This document shows positions 1-8,127 of a stretch of DNA of 32,000 nt, piece after piece (the stretch's first letter is position 1; every line of letters starts with the position of its first letter). Under the pieces are notes generated by a model. That model made no database searches. It had not been told where the DNA came from and saw only the letters and a list, made by a program, of their open reading frames with translations. A program made the position numbers and the translations under genes. The DNA is taken from sequence record CM123846.1. The stretch is one strand, 5' to 3'.

Positions 1-2594
1 TTTAAAATAGCTGATAACGTTGATTGGTTCATAATACTAGAAATATCAGCAGAACTAAACCCAACTGTACGATCAATTAAATAATTCCAATTTATTTGAG
101 TGTCATAACCTAAATTTCGACTATATAATTTAAAAATTTCTTCACGTTTCTCTGCATTTGGTAAACCAATTTCTAAAATACGATCAAATCGACCTGGTCG
201 TAATACAGCAGGGTCTAATATTTCAGGTCGATTTGTTGCACCAATCACAACAACCCCACTTCGACTTTGAATACCATCTAATTCAATTAAAAATTGCATT
301 AAAATTCGAAGTTTTTCTTTATAGGTTTCATGTTGGCTGGAATCTGATCCTGAATTTTCTGTTTTAATTTGATTTGTTGTTAATGATTCTAAAATTTCAT
401 CCGCACCCATTGGATTTTGTAATACTTGTTCACGCTTCTCTGCTAATGTATCAATTTCATCAATAAAGACAATGCAAGGCGCTAATTGACGTGCTTCTTG
501 AAAAACTAATTCTAATTTTAATGCTCCAGATTCACCAGGTTCTAATAAAGAACTACCTGATAAAGCAATGACTGGTACTTCAGCTTCACCAGCAATTGCT
601 TGTACTAATAAAGTTTTACCAGTTCCTGGTGGTCCAGTTAGTAAAATACCACGTGGAATAATTTGACTTAATGAAAAATTACGGCCAGAATTTCGAAGAA
701 ACCAAATAATTTCAATGATTTCAGGTATTAAATGTTTAATCCCTCCAATATTATTAAAGTTTTTATTAGTTTTTTTCAAAATACGAAAACCTTTTTCTTT
801 CTGACCCATTAAGATTTCAATTTCTTGTTTTAGCTCTTCATCGACAAATCCAAGTAATGCAACTAAATCTAATAAATAAACTAATAGTTCACGACCATAA
901 TTATCCGCTAATGCTTTTAACGTTTTAAATACTAAAAATGCAAATCCAATTTGTGCTGTTACTAACCAAGATTTAAATGTTAAAGGTTCCCATAATGTTT
1001 TAAATAGAGTTGTACTATTTTTTGGAGTTAATATTGATGGAATATACTGATATATTCCATTTGTTAAAAATTCTCGTGTAAAATCATCATTTAACGAAGC
1101 TGTATTTTGTTGTATATAATGCGTTTTTATTTTTGCATTTATAAAATTAGGTTTAATTGTAGCAGTATTTATTAAATAAGATTGATGTCTATTTTGAGTT
1201 GAAATATTAGATTGTAAAATAGGTAATGATAAATTTACTTTTCCTTCTGCTGATGAATCCAGTAATGAATTTATTTTTGTTATTGAAAAATAAGGAAATT
1301 GTAAAATATTTTTGTTAGGAATACCAACAATATTTGATTGAATGAAATTTCCAGTTTTAAAAACCGGTAAATTATTCAACCAATATAAATTTAAATCTAA
1401 TGGGTTCTGAATAGGAAATTCAGATAAATTTTTAGATGAATCAAATAAACCAAAAAAATTATTTAAGGGTTGTGTAGAAACAAAAATTGAATTTAAAAAA
1501 TTTTTTAGCCAAATCCTAAATTTTATTTGTTGTTGACTGTTTTCAAATTTCCAATCAAACCCAGTTTGAGAATCAACTAAACTTGTTGGGCCTGAATATA
1601 ATAATTGAAATGGAGAATTATCATCAATTTCAACAAGTGATGTTTGAATTAAAAATTTTGGTGAGATTGGTAACACTTGTTTAATTTTTTCATTAGTTAA
1701 ATAACTAAATGGTAATTTAATTTCAAATGTATCATTTGTGACATTATTAATTGCGGTTGTTGAAAATTGAACTAATTTATCTGGGTATAAATATCCCGAC
1801 ATTAAACGAGTGGGTAAGACTTTCAATGAATCAGATTTAATTTGCTTAGTAATTAATTCAGTATAAAATTTGGGTATTTGAGTTTGTAAAAATTTTTTCC
1901 TTTCAAATTTATTTTGAATAGGTAAATTAGATTTAAATTTATAAACCCCCTTTATAGTATTTAAATTACTAATATTATTAGTAATATTTACTATATTTAA
2001 ATCTGTATTTAAAATTGATAATTTTTTATTACAATTAATTTGAATTGGTTGAATTGAATTTAATTCATTTGTTATATTATTGCTTTGTAATTTAAAAGGT
2101 AATAAATCAAGAATTAAGTTATTTTCAATTGTACGATTATAAGTTAGGGAATAACTTTCATTATTTTTTCTATCAAAAATACTACTCTTATAGTTATACG
2201 AAGAATTTAAAAAGCGTCGATTTTTTTTATCCGATTGAATTAATAGGCTTTGATTATTCCAATATATACTCGAATTGGGTATATTTATATGTTTCAATAA
2301 TATAAATGTATCCCAATTTATTTGTTCTGGAGTAAGTTTTAACCCTGGTAAATTTTTATGAAAAAAATATTTTCGTTGAATTGAAACGTATTGAGTATTA
2401 ATATACTGATTAAAGCCAAATAAAAAAGGTATTAAACTGACTAAAATAGCTAAACTTGGTTGGCGTGATATTAATTGGGTACGGGTATTTAGTCTATGAT
2501 TAATAATTTGAATTTTTAAAGGATTAACAAAATCAATCCAAAATTTGATAAATTTTGATGAAAATTTTGTTTCGTTAAATTTGTCTCTATGCAT
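1..2594 (-). CDS. ftsH: FtsH/Ycf2-like AAA+ ATPase (plastid ftsH), 3' end truncated by window edge
   Basis: Not in the ORF track because the frame runs off the left edge. ATG at 2592-2594, with an upstream in-frame stop at 2601-2603. I checked all 864 codons down to position 3 triplet by triplet and found no stop. AAA module motifs: Walker A GPPGTGKT (612-635), Walker B CIVFIDEID (450-476), SRH ATNRPEILDPAVLRPGRFDR (180-239). The protease domain would lie beyond position 1. Confidence 0.9.
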   Translation of the reverse strand, partial: MHRDKFNETKFSSKFIKFWIDFVNPLKIQIINHRLNTRTQLISRQPSLAILVSLIPFLFGFNQYINTQYVSIQRKYFFHKNLPGLKLTPEQINWDTFILLKHINIPNSSIYWNNQSLLIQSDKKNRRFLNSSYNYKSSIFDRKNNESYSLTYNRTIENNLILDLLPFKLQSNNITNELNSIQPIQINCNKKLSILNTDLNIVNITNNISNLNTIKGVYKFKSNLPIQNKFERKKFLQTQIPKFYTELITKQIKSDSLKVLPTRLMSGYLYPDKLVQFSTTAINNVTNDTFEIKLPFSYLTNEKIKQVLPISPKFLIQTSLVEIDDNSPFQLLYSGPTSLVDSQTGFDWKFENSQQQIKFRIWLKNFLNSIFVSTQPLNNFFGLFDSSKNLSEFPIQNPLDLNLYWLNNLPVFKTGNFIQSNIVGIPNKNILQFPYFSITKINSLLDSSAEGKVNLSLPILQSNISTQNRHQSYLINTATIKPNFINAKIKTHYIQQNTASLNDDFTREFLTNGIYQYIPSILTPKNSTTLFKTLWEPLTFKSWLVTAQIGFAFLVFKTLKALADNYGRELLVYLLDLVALLGFVDEELKQEIEILMGQKEKGFRILKKTNKNFNNIGGIKHLIPEIIEIIWFLRNSGRNFSLSQIIPRGILLTGPPGTGKTLLVQAIAGEAEVPVIALSGSSLLEPGESGALKLELVFQEARQLAPCIVFIDEIDTLAEKREQVLQNPMGADEILESLTTNQIKTENSGSDSSQHETYKEKLRILMQFLIELDGIQSRSGVVVIGATNRPEILDPAVLRPGRFDRILEIGLPNAEKREEIFKLYSRNLGYDTQINWNYLIDRTVGFSSADISSIMNQSTLSAIL

Positions 2595-2741
2595 AGAATT
2601 TTAAGTAATTAATTTCTGTTGACGACTATATAATATAGTTATATTAAATTTATTTTATTTATATATACATTATACATGATAATTGAATAGTTTTAAATAC
2701 AAAATGACTAGCTAGTTGATTAAAACTAACTAATCAAAAAT

Positions 2742-3893
2742 TTATTTGTTAAATGATGAACGTAATTTAAATTGATTTTGATTTAACCAATTAATTTGTG
2801 TTGTTTTCTTAGTCGCTAATTCTAGCGTATGCTCAAGTGATGTTGTTTTTGTCAAATCTATGTTTGAAATATTGAATACATTTAATAATGATTCAAACTC
2901 TTGAATAAATGTATTATATGCATCGCTATTAGGTTTTGAAATTAAACGTCTAAAGCGTTCTTCTTGCACTTTTGTTAATGAGCCACGTTGGCCATATAAA
3001 ATTTTTCCATGAGTTTTAAGTGGTGCTTCTTTATACAATGTAATTGTTTCTGATAAAGCTTGTTTTAAAAATGAACGTGGAATAATTAAATCTAACAAAC
3101 CATGATGTAACAAATATTCAGATGTTTGGAAGTCATCTGGTAATTGTTCTTGTAATGTTTGTTCAATAACACGACGACCAGCAAATCCAATCAATGCTTT
3201 TGGTTCAGCAAAAATTAAATCCCCTAACATAGCAAAACTAGCGGTTACGCCACCTGTTGTAGGCGAAGTTAATACAGCAATATAAAGTAATTTCGCACAA
3301 TTTTGATGGACATGTAAAGCGGCTGAAATTTTTGCCATTTGCATTAAACTAAAAATCCCTTCTTGCATACGAGCTCCACCAGATGCACAAACTAAAATTA
3401 AAGGCAAACCTTGATGTGTTGCATATTCAATTAAGCGAGTAATTTTTTCGCCAACAACGGACCCCATACTACCTCCCATAAAATTAAAATCCATAACACC
3501 TAATGCAACTGGTATTCCATCTAATAAACCAGTTCCTGTTTGAATACCATCTTGTAATCCAGTGCGTTCTTGAGCTTCTTTTAATCGTTCAGTATATGCT
3601 TTTTGATCTTTGAATTCTAATGGGTCTCCTGGTGATAAAGTTTCATTAATAGGATGCCAAGTATTCGCATCAATCAAATGTTCAATACGTTCTGAACTTG
3701 TCATTTGTAAATGAAAACCACAACCAAAACAAACCCGTTGATTTTCTTTTAAATGTTTAATGTATAAAATAACACCACAATGATCACAACGAGTCCATAA
3801 TCCTTGAGTTGTATTTGAATCAGTTTTTTTATACTTCGGTGCATTTAATAATTTTAATTTTCTTTGTTCTTCAATCCATGATAATATCGACAT
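2742..3893 (-). CDS. accD: acetyl-CoA carboxylase carboxyltransferase beta subunit
   Basis: 383-aa ORF with an ATG start. N-terminal Zn finger CDHCG..(x15)..CFGCG. Carboxyltransferase motifs [21 protein letters not shown] and [13 protein letters not shown]. Confidence 0.95.
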   Translation of the reverse strand: MSILSWIEEQRKLKLLNAPKYKKTDSNTTQGLWTRCDHCGVILYIKHLKENQRVCFGCGFHLQMTSSERIEHLIDANTWHPINETLSPGDPLEFKDQKAYTERLKEAQERTGLQDGIQTGTGLLDGIPVALGVMDFNFMGGSMGSVVGEKITRLIEYATHQGLPLILVCASGGARMQEGIFSLMQMAKISAALHVHQNCAKLLYIAVLTSPTTGGVTASFAMLGDLIFAEPKALIGFAGRRVIEQTLQEQLPDDFQTSEYLLHHGLLDLIIPRSFLKQALSETITLYKEAPLKTHGKILYGQRGSLTKVQEERFRRLISKPNSDAYNTFIQEFESLLNVFNISNIDLTKTTSLEHTLELATKKTTQINWLNQNQFKLRSSFNK

Positions 3894-3980
3894 ATTATAT
3901 CTCCGATTAATATATTTTTTTTATTAGAAGCGAATCGGATTTTTTTTTGAACCCGATTCATAGGATAAAGCAAATTACTT

Positions 3981-4091
3981 TTAATTGATTGCATCTTGTT
4001 CAATATAAATAAATAATGATGCCATTGCAACCGCTGGAAAAACAAGTCCTGTTAAAGGAACTAAAATACTTGGTAATAATTGTGCACTCAT
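3981..4091 (-). CDS. psaI: photosystem I subunit VIII
   Basis: 36-codon ORF read by hand: [36 protein letters not shown]. It matches the conserved PsaI core LPSI.VPLVGLVFPA..MASLF. Too short for the ORF track. Confidence 0.9.
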   Translation of the reverse strand: MSAQLLPSILVPLTGLVFPAVAMASLFIYIEQDAIN

Positions 4092-4166
4092 AAAAAAAAA
4101 GATATATATAATTATATATATATTATATATATAAGTAGATGAAATAAAAAGTGTTTTCGTGTGTTT

Positions 4167-4239
4167 TAGGCCCTACCGGATTCGAACCGATGACCCGCTG
4201 CTTGTAAGGCAGCTGCTCTACCAACTGAGCTAAAGGCCT
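4167..4239 (-). tRNA. trnV(UAC): tRNA-Val (anticodon UAC), no intron
   Basis: 73-nt cloverleaf: acceptor AGGCCTT/AGGGCCT, D arm GCTC-AGTTGGTA-GAGC, anticodon arm GCTGC-CTTACAA-GCAGC, T arm ATCGG-TTCGAAT-CCGGT. Confidence 0.9.
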
Positions 4240-4256
4240 TTGTAAATATAAGTATA

Positions 4257-4296
4257 ATATAGATCTTTATACTTTGCAAGTTTTAAAGATCTATAT
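4257..4296 (-). terminator. 13-bp inverted repeat downstream of rpoC2 (3' stem-loop)
   Basis: ATATAGATCTTTA (4257-4269) and TAAAGATCTATAT (4284-4296) are perfect reverse complements. The repeat lies 18 nt past the rpoC2 stop. Confidence 0.5.
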
Positions 4297-4313
4297 TAAC
4301 TTAGTATACAGTT

Positions 4314-7300
4314 TTAAAAAAATAATAATTTATTAGAAATTAAACCTGTTCCAGCTGGTATAGCTTGACCAACAATGACATTTTCATGTAAGCCTTGTAG
4401 AAAGTCACATTTTTTACTTAATGCACTTTTGATTAATACACGACTAACTTCTTGGAAACTGGCTGCTAATAAAAAACTATCGGATTGTAATACACTTTTA
4501 CTAATACCTAATACAATTGGCTCATATGTTGCTTCACGGAGCCCAATTTGTGATATTTTTCTATTAAATTTTTTAATCCAAGTATGTAAAACTAATTCGC
4601 CAGGCAATAAACCTGTTTCACCAGGTTCTAAAATACGAACTCGACTAGTCATTTGACGAACAATAACTTCAATATGTTTTTCAGAAATTTTTACGCCTTG
4701 ATTGGAATAAGCATTATCAATATTTTCGACTAAAAAGGTTTGGGCTTCTAAAAAACTTTTATCGACTGCTGTTGACCAATGTTCTGTGGTTAATAATTCA
4801 AGTTCCCGTACAAAAGCAGATTTTAAACGTAAATGAACGGTATCGGATAATACTTCACCACTTTGACTTTCACGTGCTTCAAATAATTGTTCAATTTTGG
4901 GAATACCTTGAACAATATCTTCAGTTTGTAGTCGACGAGATTTTAATGTTACAATTAACTGATTTTTCTGAATTAAATCATTATGTTCAACATGAACAAT
5001 GCCACGTGCTGAGATTAAAATTGGAGTTCCTAATCGTAAAATAATATTATCACGATTTTTTGTAATAAATTGTCCAGTAAAAATTGAAGCTTTAGCCTCT
5101 TCTAATGGTTCACCCCAACGAATCATTTGGCCAAGCTTTTTCTGAATATTAGGTGATTGAACCGGAATTTTAATTAAATCAGAATTTTGTAAAACACTAA
5201 TTAAATTATTTGAGTTTACCAAATTTAATTCGCCACTATATTTAGATACAATATATCCATAACTAAATAGAGTGTTAGCTCGAATAATATTGTTATTAAA
5301 TGTTGTAAATTTTAAATTTTTTGCTTGGTGTAATCCCGAATCATAATAATTATAAATATTTAAACCACGGGAAAATGAATTTTTTAAATATTTAAAGTTA
5401 CAAATTAACTTGGGATATAAATTATTTTTATTACAACAAAATTGTAATCGAGCAACCATTAATTCTGAATTTGAATAATAACCGACTTTATTTTTATTTA
5501 AAATTACTGAATTCAATTGTGGATAAACAACTCTTTTAAGGCTAGTTTTAATTTGTTTTGAATTAACATTAAATTTGTGATTAAAAATAAACGTGGATAA
5601 TAAATTTTTATATTCACTTAAAGTGATTGATGAAATCTCGTGACATTTTTTTAGTAATTTAACCGTTAAATTAGTTTGTACATTTTTATTCGATTTTGTT
5701 AATGGTAAATTTGCTTTATACCAAACTAAATTAGTTTTGAGTCTAGTTGAAACTTTATAAAAATTTGGCGTTTGTTTTGAATAAGAAAGTCTAAATTGTG
5801 AAGCCAACAATAAATGCTTTTTTTGATACCAAGTTTTAATATTTAAAATTGGATAATCATCGAAAATAAAAGATGAAAATGGCAGAAGTGATGAATAATA
5901 TTTTGGAACTAAAAAGTTCGTGAATTCTAAATTATTTGGAATTAATTGGGGTTTTTTTAATAGATTTTGGTTTATTAGAATGGGCCAAGATTCATTTTTG
6001 TTATCAAAAATAGTATTTTTACTATTTCTAACTATATTTTGTTCTTTCGAACATATAATAGATTTATTAGAACCAGTTGTATACTGCAAAAAAGTTTTTT
6101 TATTAATAAAAATCTTTTTATTTTGAGACGTTCGAAATTTATTTGTTCGTTGTGCAAGTTTATAATAATGACCCTGTGGTATATAATTTTTTCCAAAAAT
6201 TGCCGACCAAGCTTTATTTAGAATTGAATTTGTGTATGTAAATTCTTTGAATTTATGTGAAAATTTAAAATGATTAAAATACCAAATTAAATCACTAGTA
6301 TTATTCGAATTACGTGCTTGGACAATTAAACCTAATTGTTTAATACTCGATGTAAAAATTAAATAATTTTGCTTTTGAATAATAGATGAAATTGGTAATT
6401 TGCAAATATATAAACCAAAAGTTATGGAATCATTAATTAATTGAAGGTATTGAGTAAAGGGTGATAAGAATTCATATATTCCAATAGTTGTATGATTTGA
6501 TATCAAATCACCTGGTCTAACCATTGACAAATTAGTTTGAATCTCTTGTTTTGGAGAATTTTTTAAAATCCAAAAACTGCCGATTTGAGACATACGACGC
6601 GTCTCAGATAAACCTAATGAATCTGAACTATTTTGATAAATTTGTGCAAATGATTTTGGAACTTGCAAGTCTGTACTAGCAATTTTTTGTTTTTCAATAA
6701 TAAGATTCATTGATTCATAAAAAATTTGACCAGTTTGTGTAGCATAAACGGGATGACTTGATTCAGGCAATTGCTGTTTTGTAACTTTAATATAAGAAGC
6801 TTGACCAATAAGACCTTTACTTGAAATAACTTCCCCTTGTTTTACAAATAGAATGCTTCCAGGTGGTAATTGTGATTCAGTTAAAGAAAAAGTTTTATTT
6901 GTTGAAGATTTTATTTCAAATAAAATTTTATTTGCATTACTTGGAATATATTTCAACATAAAAGCAATTTTACCATTCGGGGTACGTACATAATGTCCTG
7001 GTAAAATTTCTAAAAAATTTATTTTTCCTCCATATGGTGCAAATAAAGGTTTTAATGCTTGATCAGAAAAAACACCAACTCCTCCAGTATGGAATGTACG
7101 CATTGTTAATTGTGTACCAGGTTCACCAATAGATTGAGCAGCAATAACTCCAACAGCTTCACCAATTTGAACAACTTTTCCGGATGCTAAACTCCAGCCA
7201 TAACAACATTGACAAATTGATGTACGTGCACTACATGTTAATGGTGAACGAACTGGAATTTCTGAATATTCTTTACATATAGTATGTGCATCTTTAGCGG

Positions 7301-8096
7301 AAATTATATGATTTTTTTCAAAAATCTTATCTTGAATAATCAATTTTTTCGCTAATACCCGCCCAATTAAGCGAGATTTTAAATTAGCGCCAGTTAATAT
7401 ACGATATTGATCTGTTTGGCAATTTGTAATAGATACAACTGCATGTTGGGCTGAATCAACTAATCGACGCGTTAAATAACCAGATGTAGCAGTACGTAAT
7501 GCTGTATCAACTAAACCTTTTCGGGCACCATAACAAGAAATAAGGTATTCAGTAATAGTTAAGCCTTCACGAAAATTACTTTGAATTGGAAATTCTAAAA
7601 TTGCACCTTGTGGATCAGCCATTAAACCCCGCATTGCAATTAATTGTCGAACTTGGGACACATTACCACGAGCGCCTGAAAAGGCCATCATATAAACAGG
7701 ATTTATTGGGTTTTTTAATTTAAAATTTTGAATTGCTGTTTGGCGAAGTTTATCACTTGTTTGATTCCAAATTTCAATTAAAGATTGCGATTTTTCAACA
7801 CTTGTTAATAAACCTTGATTATTTAATTGCTCAATTTGTTTATTTTCCAATTGACTTTGTGTAATTAAAGTTGGTTTTTCAGGTGGAATTTGAAGATCTT
7901 CAATTCCTAATGAAATACCAGCAACAGTTGCTTGATGAAAACCATTTAATTTTAATTGTTCTAAAAATTTTATTGTTTTTCGTTCACCATAATTTTTTAA
8001 AAACCAAGAAACTAAATTTTTGACTTGGTTTTTATCAAAACAGGCATTAAAAAAAATCACTTTATTGTGATTTGTATTAAAATCAAGTAAATTCAT
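4314..8096 (-). CDS. rpoC2: plastid-encoded RNA polymerase beta'' subunit
   Basis: 1260-aa ORF with an ATG start. Conserved beta' C-terminal blocks MAFSGARGN, GLxDTALRTAxSGYLTRRLVD and SIGEPGTQLTMRTFHTGG. The gene follows rpoC1 after 31 nt. Confidence 0.96.
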   Translation of the reverse strand: MNLLDFNTNHNKVIFFNACFDKNQVKNLVSWFLKNYGERKTIKFLEQLKLNGFHQATVAGISLGIEDLQIPPEKPTLITQSQLENKQIEQLNNQGLLTSVEKSQSLIEIWNQTSDKLRQTAIQNFKLKNPINPVYMMAFSGARGNVSQVRQLIAMRGLMADPQGAILEFPIQSNFREGLTITEYLISCYGARKGLVDTALRTATSGYLTRRLVDSAQHAVVSITNCQTDQYRILTGANLKSRLIGRVLAKKLIIQDKIFEKNHIISAKDAHTICKEYSEIPVRSPLTCSARTSICQCCYGWSLASGKVVQIGEAVGVIAAQSIGEPGTQLTMRTFHTGGVGVFSDQALKPLFAPYGGKINFLEILPGHYVRTPNGKIAFMLKYIPSNANKILFEIKSSTNKTFSLTESQLPPGSILFVKQGEVISSKGLIGQASYIKVTKQQLPESSHPVYATQTGQIFYESMNLIIEKQKIASTDLQVPKSFAQIYQNSSDSLGLSETRRMSQIGSFWILKNSPKQEIQTNLSMVRPGDLISNHTTIGIYEFLSPFTQYLQLINDSITFGLYICKLPISSIIQKQNYLIFTSSIKQLGLIVQARNSNNTSDLIWYFNHFKFSHKFKEFTYTNSILNKAWSAIFGKNYIPQGHYYKLAQRTNKFRTSQNKKIFINKKTFLQYTTGSNKSIICSKEQNIVRNSKNTIFDNKNESWPILINQNLLKKPQLIPNNLEFTNFLVPKYYSSLLPFSSFIFDDYPILNIKTWYQKKHLLLASQFRLSYSKQTPNFYKVSTRLKTNLVWYKANLPLTKSNKNVQTNLTVKLLKKCHEISSITLSEYKNLLSTFIFNHKFNVNSKQIKTSLKRVVYPQLNSVILNKNKVGYYSNSELMVARLQFCCNKNNLYPKLICNFKYLKNSFSRGLNIYNYYDSGLHQAKNLKFTTFNNNIIRANTLFSYGYIVSKYSGELNLVNSNNLISVLQNSDLIKIPVQSPNIQKKLGQMIRWGEPLEEAKASIFTGQFITKNRDNIILRLGTPILISARGIVHVEHNDLIQKNQLIVTLKSRRLQTEDIVQGIPKIEQLFEARESQSGEVLSDTVHLRLKSAFVRELELLTTEHWSTAVDKSFLEAQTFLVENIDNAYSNQGVKISEKHIEVIVRQMTSRVRILEPGETGLLPGELVLHTWIKKFNRKISQIGLREATYEPIVLGISKSVLQSDSFLLAASFQEVSRVLIKSALSKKCDFLQGLHENVIVGQAIPAGTGLISNKLLFF

Positions 8097-8127
8097 AATG
8101 GATAAAAAATAATCTTTTAAAAAGATT

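Noticed and set aside
158-367. 69-aa plus-strand ORF (TTG start) from the track
   Set aside because: It lies entirely antisense to the AAA domain of ftsH, starts at TTG, has no recognisable motifs, and has a composition typical of antisense reading of an AT-rich gene.
3854-4045. 63-aa minus-strand ORF from the track spanning the accD start and part of psaI
   Set aside because: It overlaps both the accD 5' end and psaI in a different frame. psaI (3981-4091) gives a textbook PsaI sequence, whereas this ORF has no homology that I recognise.
4092-4166. AT-dinucleotide-rich tract (…GATATATATAATTATATATATATTATATATATAAG…) considered as a repeat array or CRISPR-like element
   Set aside because: It is only simple (AT)n-type low complexity in the trnV-psaI spacer. 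There are no repeat-spacer units. Similar tracts occur in other spacers at 16310-16350, 19150-19200 and 26140-26156.
4375-6221. Four plus-strand ORFs (4375-4656, 4772-5044, 5920-6126, 6039-6221)
   Set aside because: All are antisense to rpoC2. They are short, hydrophobic, low-complexity products of an AT-rich antisense strand with no motifs.
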